A stretch of 64,000 bases of DNA from an uncultured Bacilli bacterium. Lineage in GTDB: Bacteria; Bacillota_I; Bacilli_A; RF39; UBA660. Location: positions 1,194,940 through 1,258,939 of the forward strand of contig OZ007038.1 in the NCBI GenBank assembly GCA_963931685.1, written 5' to 3'. Positions 20,037 to 28,012 of the stretch are shown in pieces. The stretch's first letter is position 1. Each line of letters starts with the position of its first letter. Both the position numbers and the translations under genes were made by a program. Below the pieces are notes generated by a model. It was given only the letters and a program-made list of their open reading frames with translations. It was not told the DNA's origin and did no database searches.

Positions 20037-20177
20037 GGAAGTATTACCTACCTTTCATGTTATTTTGTGCGTTATTTACAAGTCATATACGACTAATTAA
20101 ATTGTACTTTTTTATTTGTATAACGTCGACGTCATATATGACTAATAACTACCTTTTGTAGAAAGGAGGAAAACTGA

Positions 20178-20447
20178 TTGAATGTTAATTTTCAATTATT
20201 AAAATCTATTATGAAAGAAAAGAAATATACCTATGAATATATAGCAAATGCTTTAGGGTGTTCTAAACCTTTTGTATGGCAGATTATAAATAATAAAAGA
20301 CGATTATCATATAAAAATGCCTTATTAATTGCTCGTGCTTTTAATATGAAACCTGATGAGTTGTTTTATGATAGTTATATTGATAATGAAGATATAAAAC
20401 AGAACCTATTACAAGTAGATAAAGTACGAAATCTATCTTACAAATAA
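20178..20447 (+). CDS. XRE/Cro-like HTH regulator
   Basis: 89 aa; YEYIANALGCSKPFVWQIINNKRRLS HTH; divergent from 19812-20036 across palindromic operators. Confidence 0.65.
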   Translation: MNVNFQLLKSIMKEKKYTYEYIANALGCSKPFVWQIINNKRRLSYKNALLIARAFNMKPDELFYDSYIDNEDIKQNLLQVDKVRNLSYK

Positions 20448-20543
20448 CTAAAATATATTAAATTGTTATAAAATTATTGAAAATTAAAATTGAAAATGAT
20501 AGTATATATAACAATAAATTAATTTTTTAGTTAATTTTTGGGT

Positions 20544-20573
20544 TTGACACTATAAAATGCTGCATGATAAAAT
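20544..20573 (+). promoter_or_regulatory. sigma-A promoter of the methyltransferase/radical-SAM operon
   Basis: TTGACA (20544-20549), 18-nt spacer, extended -10 TGATAAAAT (20565-20573). Confidence 0.5.
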
Positions 20574-20594
20574 ATTTTTGGGTCGTGGTGATTA

Positions 20595-21434
20595 ATGATA
20601 AGTAAATTTGATTATAGTAAAAATTTTTTAAAAAATGATGATTTATTAATTTGTCCTATTTGTAAAGGAAGATTAATTTTAAATGATCATTCATTAGTGT
20701 GTAAAAATAAACATACTTATGATATTTCAAAAAAAGGTATTACTACCCTTGTTTCACATAATCATATTAAAGAAAGTAAAATATATAATTATGAATTATT
20801 TTCAAATAGAAGAAAATTTATTCAAAAAATGTATTATAAAGATTTGTATAATAAAATAATTAATATTATAAACCAGAATTTTGATAAAAAAATAAATATT
20901 ATAGATTTAGGCTGTGGCGAGGGTGCTCATACAATGAATATATTAAATTCATTAAAACTAAATTATGTGTATTACGGATTTGATTATTCCAAAACAGCTA
21001 TTGATATGGCTAGTTATTACAATTCTGATGTTAGATTTTATTTTGTGGCAGATGTCAATAATGTTCCTATTAAAGATAATTCTATTGATTTAATTATTGA
21101 TATATTATCCCCATATAATCAGTCAGAAATAAAAAGATTGTTAAAAAAGAATGGTATATTTGTTAAAGTTGCTCCTGGAAAAGATTATTTAAAAGAAATG
21201 AGAGCTGCTACAAATATTTCTACGTATGATAAAGATGTAGAAGTGGAGCAAAATTTGAATAAAAACTTTAAAGTAGTAAAAAAAGAGCATATTTTAAACA
21301 CTTACCCAATTACTAAAGATGATTTTAAACTATTATTAAAAATGTCGCCAATGTACAACGATAAAGTATTTAAGATTCCTGAAAAAATAACAATAGATTT
21401 AATGATATATATTATGAATGGAGAAGAATTATGA
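20595..21434 (+). CDS. RlmA/RrmA-like SAM-dependent (rRNA guanine-N1) methyltransferase
   Basis: N-terminal Zn-ribbon CPICKGRL..LVCKNKHTYDISKKG, then IIDLGCGEG SAM motif; overall layout as in RlmA. Confidence 0.65.
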   Translation: MISKFDYSKNFLKNDDLLICPICKGRLILNDHSLVCKNKHTYDISKKGITTLVSHNHIKESKIYNYELFSNRRKFIQKMYYKDLYNKIINIINQNFDKKINIIDLGCGEGAHTMNILNSLKLNYVYYGFDYSKTAIDMASYYNSDVRFYFVADVNNVPIKDNSIDLIIDILSPYNQSEIKRLLKKNGIFVKVAPGKDYLKEMRAATNISTYDKDVEVEQNLNKNFKVVKKEHILNTYPITKDDFKLLLKMSPMYNDKVFKIPEKITIDLMIYIMNGEEL

Positions 21435-22735
21435 TTTCTAAATATGTAAGTAAAGTAAAAATTAAAAATGATGTATATGCAATATTCAACAATTTGGTTA
21501 TGTTACCTATATTTGTTAATGAAAAACAATGTAACGATATTTTGAATGGTAATGTAGATAATTTAACAGATGAAGAAAAAACTGAATTTATAAAGGCAGG
21601 AATAATTATTGAAAATAAGGATACTGATGTGAAATTGTTAAACACATTAAAAATGGCGCGTGAACAATTCATGAAAGAACATATAACTATAATGTATATA
21701 ATTCCTACCAATACGTGTAATTTAAAATGTAAATACTGTTTTATAGGTAAACTTAATGATAAACCTGTAAAAATGGACGAAGGAACTTTAATTAATGCTA
21801 TTGAATTGTTTAATAAACATTTAGAAGAAATTGGGGATAAAGGAACTATTTTTCTTTATGGTGCTGAGCCATTACTCAACTTTGATTTAATTAAGGTAGG
21901 CGTTGAATATGTTAAAAAACATAATTACAATATTCAATTTTCTATGGTATCAAATGGAATACTTATAACTGATAAAATTGCGGATTTTATCAAAGAAAAT
22001 AATATTTCTTTAGGAATTTCTATTGATGGTCCAAAAGAAATTACTGATGAAAATAGGATATTTAAAAACGGTAATAATAGTGTATATGACGCTGTTTTAA
22101 AGAAAATAGATTTATTAAAGTCCAAAAAGGTTGACTTTGGGTTATCAATAACTATTGCTCCAATATTTCTTGAAAACGAGGAATATTTTCTAGATTGGAT
22201 TTCTAAACTAGGAGTATATAATATTAGTTATAATTTATTACATTTTACAACAAAAACAGATGCGTGGAAAGATTATTATAAAAAAGCAACTAAATTTATT
22301 TATAAATCTAACAAAAAACTATTTGACCAAGGTTTTAATGAAGATAGAATTAACAGAAAATATGATTCATTTTACAACAGAATATTTAAATTTAGTGACT
22401 GCGGAGCGGTTGGTGGAAATCAAATAACTGTATGTCCAAATGGCGACATTGAAATATGTCATGGTTATTGGAATTACAAAAGAAAAATTTTGCCAAATAT
22501 TAATCAAATTCAATCATTTTCCGATTTATTTGATAATGCTGAATATATAAAATGGTCTAATAATATTACATTAAATAAGAAAAAATGCTTACGATGTCCC
22601 GCAATATACATATGTGGTGGTGGCTGTGCTATGCAAGCAAAGGATTTATTTGGTAATGAAAAAAAAATTGATAAACCATTTTGTATATATACTAAAGGAA
22701 TGTTAAAAAACATTTTAAAAGAAGTGTATGAGTAA
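21431..22735 (+). CDS. radical SAM / SPASM-domain peptide-modifying enzyme (last 7 codons replaced by IS insertion)
   Basis: CNLKCKYC (Cx3Cx2C); C-terminal CLRCPAIYICGGGC (Cx2Cx5Cx3C) SPASM signature; ~90-aa N-terminal extension; ATGA overlap with the methyltransferase stop; its TAA stop lies inside the IS terminal repeat. Confidence 0.85.
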   Translation: MISKYVSKVKIKNDVYAIFNNLVMLPIFVNEKQCNDILNGNVDNLTDEEKTEFIKAGIIIENKDTDVKLLNTLKMAREQFMKEHITIMYIIPTNTCNLKCKYCFIGKLNDKPVKMDEGTLINAIELFNKHLEEIGDKGTIFLYGAEPLLNFDLIKVGVEYVKKHNYNIQFSMVSNGILITDKIADFIKENNISLGISIDGPKEITDENRIFKNGNNSVYDAVLKKIDLLKSKKVDFGLSITIAPIFLENEEYFLDWISKLGVYNISYNLLHFTTKTDAWKDYYKKATKFIYKSNKKLFDQGFNEDRINRKYDSFYNRIFKFSDCGAVGGNQITVCPNGDIEICHGYWNYKRKILPNINQIQSFSDLFDNAEYIKWSNNITLNKKKCLRCPAIYICGGGCAMQAKDLFGNEKKIDKPFCIYTKGMLKNILKEVYE

Positions 22736-24401
22736 CTATTCAGACTATGGCACGCAAAAGTAAAGAGTAATCAGTGATTGATTGCTCTTTTAATTTGCAA
22801 ATAACACTTTATTTTCAAATATTGCATTAATAGACTCAAAAGGGTTTATATTCCTTTTGATAGATGTCTTTATAATTGATAAGGTATTAGCAAAATCTTG
22901 GGCAACATTTATGCTTCTAAAGCCTCCTGATATTTTCGTTTTGTTTTTAAATATTCTTAAATCTCTTTCACTTAGGTTATCATCAAAGGGAACTTTAAAA
23001 TCTTCTATAAAATACAAATGATTTTGTTTATATTTTACCAATCTATTATATAATGGTTTGGCCTTGGTTACCCTGTAATATGAAGATTTTATTTGTTTGT
23101 TTTCTTCTTTGGCTAGCTCTAAAATTTCTTCATATTCATCTTTGTATTCTTTTATCTTATCATCAGAAAATTTTGTTAATCCATAAGCTATAGCTATCTT
23201 TCTTGTATTATTCATTCTAAATATTAAATCATACATTAAAAATGGCCATTTCGTATCTGGTATATTTTCCATCAGTTCCATTAAATATCTTCCCAAGTGA
23301 ATATTACATTCATAATTTTTACTACCATAACTATATAATGTTGTATCATGATCACCCATTATTCCTCCACAAAATCTTGGCAATATATTATCTTCTTTAA
23401 TTGGATTATGACCTTTATTTTTATGAACTTTATAGACTACATTCTCTTCATTACTATAATTTCTTACATATAGCTTTTTCTTATTGAATTTGGTCCCAGT
23501 TTCATCAGTAAATCCATTGTCCTTATTTAAAAAGTTATTTTCTAAATTTATTATTGTAGCTTTACTTTTGTTCCCAAATTCTTTTACAAAATTTACTAAT
23601 GTTCCATTAGAAATATTATAAACATTATTTGTCACCACACTAAAGAAATCACTTAATCTATTATAAGCAACTACGTTATAACATCCTAAATGAATCGATA
23701 ATGTCTTTATACTATTTCCATATGTCACATCTGTATAAAACTCTTTTGGCAGTGTTTCTGAAGACTTATCATCATATTTAAATATATGTTTTTCTATGTA
23801 TGGCTTAATTTCTAATTCATATCTATATTTTATTAAGGGCTCTTTTTTGGGATTACCCTTGATTGTATGAATAATTTCTCTAACTTCAACTTTATTTTCA
23901 CTTATTAATTTTTCTGCATCTTTTTTACTTAAATTATATCCTTGATGATTATATTGACCGCCTTTCTTTTTGCCGGTTATAGTGCGATAATTATATAAAT
24001 TAGCTCCTGTTTTCTTTTTAGGCGTAACAATATTAGTCGATGATGGTTTACTAGAATTATTACTGTTTTTATTATTTTGATTTTTTAGTCTATCTATTTC
24101 ATTTAATAATTTTTGGATAGTTTTATCTTTTTCTAAAATAATAGCTTTTAATTCATCTTGTTTTTCTTTGAACTCTTTTTTCAATTCTTTATTTTCTTTA
24201 AACAATATATCTAACTTATTATTTAATTCTTCGAATTGTCTGTAAAAATCTACAGTTACTGTCATCGTTTTTATGTTTGCCATACTATCACTATCCTCAA
24301 CTATTTTTATTTTCTCACATTTAAACAAAAAAAGCAGCATCGTTGACACTACTTTTGACACTTTATTTAATTTTTTTTATTTTCATAGTCTGAATAGTTA
24401 C
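22732..24401 (-). mobile_element. IS66-family-like insertion sequence, copy B (1670 bp)
   Basis: Same terminal repeats and identical transposase as copy A; 8-bp duplication GTGTATGA at 22724-22731 and 24402-24409. Confidence 0.9.
22790..24361 (-). CDS. IS66-family transposase (identical to 6239-7810)
   Basis: 523-aa product identical to copy A in the supplied translations. Confidence 0.85.
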   Translation of the reverse strand: MSKVVSTMLLFLFKCEKIKIVEDSDSMANIKTMTVTVDFYRQFEELNNKLDILFKENKELKKEFKEKQDELKAIILEKDKTIQKLLNEIDRLKNQNNKNSNNSSKPSSTNIVTPKKKTGANLYNYRTITGKKKGGQYNHQGYNLSKKDAEKLISENKVEVREIIHTIKGNPKKEPLIKYRYELEIKPYIEKHIFKYDDKSSETLPKEFYTDVTYGNSIKTLSIHLGCYNVVAYNRLSDFFSVVTNNVYNISNGTLVNFVKEFGNKSKATIINLENNFLNKDNGFTDETGTKFNKKKLYVRNYSNEENVVYKVHKNKGHNPIKEDNILPRFCGGIMGDHDTTLYSYGSKNYECNIHLGRYLMELMENIPDTKWPFLMYDLIFRMNNTRKIAIAYGLTKFSDDKIKEYKDEYEEILELAKEENKQIKSSYYRVTKAKPLYNRLVKYKQNHLYFIEDFKVPFDDNLSERDLRIFKNKTKISGGFRSINVAQDFANTLSIIKTSIKRNINPFESINAIFENKVLFAN

Positions 24402-24430
24402 GTGTATGAAGATAATTTAAATTCACAAAA

Positions 24431-24460
24431 TTGACTTTTAAGATATTGCTGTGATAAAAT
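24431..24460 (+). promoter_or_regulatory. sigma-A promoter of the Cys-rich peptide gene
   Basis: TTGACT (24431-24436), 18-nt spacer, TGATAAAAT (24452-24460); same architecture as the promoter at 20544. Confidence 0.5.
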
Positions 24461-24481
24461 TGTGGAAAGGAGGAGGTTATA

Positions 24482-24667
24482 ATGAAAATAGCAAAAATTA
24501 GTGCTAAAAACAAAAAGTTTAGAGCTTCTAATTCTATGGCTTCTACTTGTAATTGTGGTGCTTGTAATTGTAATTGCGGTAGTGGAAGTAGCTGCAGTAA
24601 TGTTTTCATTTCACATGAAATTGCATCACTTTTAAATTCTCAAGTTGATCATATTTTAAATGCTTAA
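24482..24667 (+). CDS. 61-aa six-cysteine peptide, candidate RiPP precursor
   Basis: AGGAGG RBS 7 nt before the ATG; core TCNCGACNCNCGSGSSC; lies 80 bp beyond the reconstructed radical-SAM stop. Confidence 0.6.
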   Translation: MKIAKISAKNKKFRASNSMASTCNCGACNCNCGSGSSCSNVFISHEIASLLNSQVDHILNA

Positions 24668-24866
24668 AAAAACTAACTTTTAACCAAGTTAGTAACACAC
24701 TACGATATTGGCTTAGCCAATAACGATGTGTGCCAAAGGGTTTTCCCTTTGGAAACCCCAAACAACACATTTATCAATTAAGGTAATGTGTTGTTTTTAT
24801 ATTGCAAAAAAAGACTATCGCCACTTTCATTGAAACATAGTTTCAACAAAACGTGCCACGTCTTTT

Positions 24867-25304
24867 TTATTTAATATTATGTTGTTGTTTAAGTAATTCT
24901 ATGGTTTCTTTCCTAGCACCACTAATACTAACATAGGTAAATATTTCTGCTATTATTGTTATTATTGTAAAGCCTATCATTACATACAAATTATTTATAA
25001 TACCTTTTTCAACACTATTAAAAAACATAAGAATTAAAAAGATAAGTCCAAATATTACTACAATTATAGTTGTAATATCTGAAAATGATCTATTAATAAT
25101 TTTTGATTTATTAATATCGGAGTTTAGTCCTTCTTTACTCCATTCATTTATAATTAATACTAAAAATATTAAAATTAACGGTGTTGTAAACCAATAATAA
25201 TCAAACATATTATTATTATCAGCAATTCCACTTAAAATTAAAAATAGTATATTTAGAATATTAGTGATTATTAATAAAACATTTAAAACTTTAGTTTTTC
25301 GCAT
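24867..25304 (-). CDS. small integral membrane protein (about 4 TM)
   Basis: 145 aa, four hydrophobic segments; start overlaps the upstream XRE gene by 14 nt. Confidence 0.5.
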   Translation of the reverse strand: MRKTKVLNVLLIITNILNILFLILSGIADNNNMFDYYWFTTPLILIFLVLIINEWSKEGLNSDINKSKIINRSFSDITTIIVVIFGLIFLILMFFNSVEKGIINNLYVMIGFTIITIIAEIFTYVSISGARKETIELLKQQHNIK

Positions 25305-25791
25305 TTTTATTTCTCTCCTTTACTTTGATACTTTGTATTAATTTAATTATTTCATTTGAAGTATTAATTTGGTATTTTGTATCTTCTATGGTATTTAATA
25401 ATAGTTCTTTTTCTTTATCCGTTATATTTTCTTTTTTTAAATTTTCTTCACACGATTCAATTAATTTTTTGTTATTTTCTATACTACCTAATACATTTAT
25501 TTCAGCCGCATTTAATTCTTCCCCTTTTAAATTAGAATAGAAACTTTTAATAAAAGGATTTAATGGACTTACTTGAAAGCCTAAACCTGCAGCATACATT
25601 AAATCATTATAATTAACATCAATGTATTGGCTTATTTTTCGGAGTGTTTTAGGATTTGGCATTTCCCGTTTTCCACTTTCAATTCTCGCTAATTCAGTAT
25701 CACTAATATTAGCTAATCTTGATAATTCCCTTTTTGATAAACCTTTTTCTTCTCTAGCTTTGGCTATCATTTGACCAACAGTTTCATACAT
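25291..25791 (-). CDS. XRE-family HTH regulator with C-terminal helical domain
   Basis: GLSKRELSRLANISDTELARIESGKR HTH; start set at MYETVGQ (ATG 25791 after GGAG). Confidence 0.7.
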   Translation of the reverse strand: MYETVGQMIAKAREEKGLSKRELSRLANISDTELARIESGKREMPNPKTLRKISQYIDVNYNDLMYAAGLGFQVSPLNPFIKSFYSNLKGEELNAAEINVLGSIENNKKLIESCEENLKKENITDKEKELLLNTIEDTKYQINTSNEIIKLIQSIKVKERNKNAKN

Positions 25792-25881
25792 AAGAATACT
25801 CCTCTCTGCTATAAATATAGCATATATTTCGTATTTTTTCAACTAATTTGATGTAAAATAATGACTTTTGCAACTTTTTGG

Positions 25882-25910
25882 TTGACAAAAATGTATTTAT
25901 GTTATATACT
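25882..25910 (+). promoter_or_regulatory. sigma-A promoter ahead of the long xis-int leader
   Basis: TTGACA (25882-25887), 17-nt spacer, TATACT (25905-25910); xis starts about 310 nt downstream. Confidence 0.55.
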
Positions 25911-26228
25911 CAACTTATAGGTTGCACTAGAATTCAATTGTAACCTAAAAAAGGATCTTTGAAAACCGAATAGTGTGCTTACGCTCAGACTGGCCCAGGG
26001 TTTGCTGGGAACGGGAAGTACACGTTAAACAAAAAATCATCCTAATTCATATTAGGAGTTGTGGGTTAGCTAAAACCCTCCTTAGATACATTGCCTAAAA
26101 AGTATGTATACATCCTAAAAGGGAGTTGTCGGTAACACTAAAACCGTCAAAATTTAAGCTATAAGTTTAAATTAATTTATACTACGTATTAAAAAATGAT
26201 AAAATGTACTAGAGAAAGGAGGTGAAAT

Positions 26229-26525
26229 ATGTCCTATGGTGAGCTATATAATGTTATAAATCATGCTTGGGCTAGTTTAAAAGAAATTCAGTTAATAGCA
26301 CAGTGTGGTAGAAAGGCAGCTGAAAATATTAGAGATAATATTAAAAATGATATTATCAATAGTGGTAAAAAACTTCCAGAGGGAAAGACAATAGTAATAC
26401 CTATGAAAAATTTACTAGAATATCTAAATTTAGATTTAGAATATATCACACAAATGGCAATAAATGAGCAAAAATTTAATCTAGCTAATAACAGGACTAA
26501 TAATTATGCCGGTATATCAAGATAA
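26229..26525 (+). CDS. xis: excisionase / recombination-directionality-factor-like small DNA-binding protein
   Basis: 98 aa; overlaps the integrase start by 20 nt; GGAGGTGA RBS; position typical of Xis. Confidence 0.45.
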   Translation: MSYGELYNVINHAWASLKEIQLIAQCGRKAAENIRDNIKNDIINSGKKLPEGKTIVIPMKNLLEYLNLDLEYITQMAINEQKFNLANNRTNNYAGISR

Positions 26526-27603
26526 GAAAACGAAGAAATGGTATTATAGGGCTTATGCTGATGATGTGTATGGAAATCATAAACAATTTGAAAAACATGG
26601 TTTTAAAACTAAAAAAGAGGCAACAACTGCTGAAAGTGAACTATGTACATCGGATGAAAAAGAATGTACGATTAGCTTTATGGAACTGTGGGAAGATTAT
26701 GATAAATATATAAAATTAAAATTAAAAAAACAATCATATAGAAAGACTGTTAGTAAATTTAATAATCATATAATACCATATTTTAAAAAATATAAAGTAA
26801 AATCAATAAACGTTAGTATTTATACAAAATGGCAACAAGAAATTGAGAAAAAGCATTTTAGTCATGATTATAATTCTAGTTTACATTCCTCTATGGTTAC
26901 TATATTAAACTATGCCAAGAAATTTCATGGTTTAAAAGTAAATATAGCTAGTAATGTTGGAAATTTTGTTAAAAAGACAGAGTTACCTAAAAAAGTGGAC
27001 TTTTGGACTTATGAAGAATTTAAGAAATTTATTCAAGTTGTCAAAGAAAAACATTATCAAATATTCTTTGAAACATTATATTTTACTGGTTTAAGACAAG
27101 GAGAATGTTTAGCACTAACTTGGAAAGACTTTAAAGATAATTATTTAGATATATATAAAACTATATCAAAAGAACAAGAAAACGGTCAATATATCATTAA
27201 TACTCCAAAAACAAAAAATTCGATTAGGAAAATTAAAGTTGATAGTCATTTAGTAGGTTTACTCAATGAATTAAAAGAAAGTTATAAAAAATATGAGGGT
27301 TTTAATGATGACTGGTATATATTTGGTGGTATTAAACCTTTTGCTCCTACAACAATCGGTAGGAAAAAAGATAAATATTGTGCGTTAGCAGGTGTAAAAA
27401 AAATAAGAATACATGATTTAAGACATAGCCATGCATCCTTATTACTGTCATTTGGAGTTCCAATTACAGTCATTTCCCAAAGACTTGGACACTCCGATAT
27501 AAATATGACACTTAACACTTACTCACATTTAATGCCTCGTGATGAGGACAAAGCCATCAATATGATTAATGACTTAATAAAATTTAACCCCTTAATAATA
27601 TAG
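26506..27603 (+). CDS. int: tyrosine site-specific integrase
   Basis: N-terminal AP2-like arm domain (KKTKKWYYRAY), SAM-like domain, catalytic TGLRQGE ... HDLRHSHAS ... LGHSDINMTLNTYSH. Confidence 0.92.
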   Translation: MPVYQDKKTKKWYYRAYADDVYGNHKQFEKHGFKTKKEATTAESELCTSDEKECTISFMELWEDYDKYIKLKLKKQSYRKTVSKFNNHIIPYFKKYKVKSINVSIYTKWQQEIEKKHFSHDYNSSLHSSMVTILNYAKKFHGLKVNIASNVGNFVKKTELPKKVDFWTYEEFKKFIQVVKEKHYQIFFETLYFTGLRQGECLALTWKDFKDNYLDIYKTISKEQENGQYIINTPKTKNSIRKIKVDSHLVGLLNELKESYKKYEGFNDDWYIFGGIKPFAPTTIGRKKDKYCALAGVKKIRIHDLRHSHASLLLSFGVPITVISQRLGHSDINMTLNTYSHLMPRDEDKAINMINDLIKFNPLII

Positions 27604-27673
27604 AAATAAGGGCATTTTAAGGGATTAAGTATCATTTATATTATAAAATCCTTATAAAATAAGGGATTATAAA

Positions 27674-27696
27674 CTAAATGGTCGGGAAAACAGGAT
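27674..27696. repeat. att repeat (tRNA-proximal copy)
   Basis: Identical 23-mer to 16975-16997; overlaps the tRNA-Pro 3' end. Confidence 0.85.
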
Positions 27697-27755
27697 TTGA
27701 ACCTGCAACCCCCTGGTCCCAAACCAGGTGCTCTACCAAGTTGAACTATTTCCCG
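27679..27755 (-). tRNA. tRNA-Pro(UGG)
   Basis: Reverse strand CGGGAAA...acceptor, anticodon loop TTTGGGA, T-arm GCAGGTTCAAATCCTGT, encoded CCA. Confidence 0.93.
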
Positions 27756-27761
27756 ATATAA

Positions 27762-27838
27762 TGGCGCGCCCAGTAGGAGTCGAACCCGCAACCTTTTGAT
27801 CCGTAGTCAAACGCTCTATCCAATTGAGCTATGGGCGC
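27762..27838 (-). tRNA. tRNA-Arg(ACG)
   Basis: Reverse strand GCGCCCATAGCTCAATTGGATAGAGC..., anticodon loop CTACGGA, encoded CCA. Confidence 0.93.
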
Positions 27839-27982
27839 ACGTTTTTAATTATATTAATAAGTGATACGAGAGTATCTTACCATAAACTTTTATTATAGTC
27901 AAGCTCAATTGTTTTACTTAATATTATGCAATAATTTAATATTAAATAACATATAATTTAAATTTTCGTATTGTTTTTTAAA

Positions 27983-28009
27983 ACCGTTGAAAATCAACGG
28001 TGTTTTTTC
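27983..28009. terminator. hairpin terminator between tRNA-Phe (original 3' end) and the tRNA-Arg/Pro unit
   Basis: ACCGTTGA-AAA-TCAACGGT stem-loop with T/A runs on both sides. Confidence 0.5.
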
Positions 28010-28012
28010 AAG

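Larger units (their letters stand above)
16975..27696 (+). mobile_element. integrative mobilizable element inserted in the 3' end of tRNA-Pro (10.7 kb)
   Basis: Exact 23-bp direct repeats at both ends; tyrosine integrase + Xis-like gene next to the tRNA; MobV relaxase and Rep-like gene inside. Confidence 0.8.

Noticed and set aside
24367-24609. 80-aa minus-strand ORF overlapping the Cys-rich peptide gene
   Set aside because: It has no RBS and its low-complexity LQLQ translation is the antisense of the TGT/AAT-rich core. The plus-strand 61-aa ORF has a perfect SD and promoter.
25975-26025. GC-rich stretch GCTCAGACTGG...CCCAGGGTTTGCTGGG as a tRNA or tRNA fragment
   Set aside because: It has a D-arm-like GCTCAGACTGG and one stem-loop, but no acceptor stem, no 7-nt anticodon loop geometry and no GTTCGAAT-type T-arm. 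It is retained only as part of the structured-leader finding.
27983-28009. Similarity between the hairpins AACCGTTG..CAACGGTT after tRNA-Ala (9529-9557) and after the tRNA-Phe 3' fragment
   Set aside because: Both are ordinary tRNA-operon terminators with a short shared stem sequence. There is no evidence of a mobile or repeated element beyond the stem itself.
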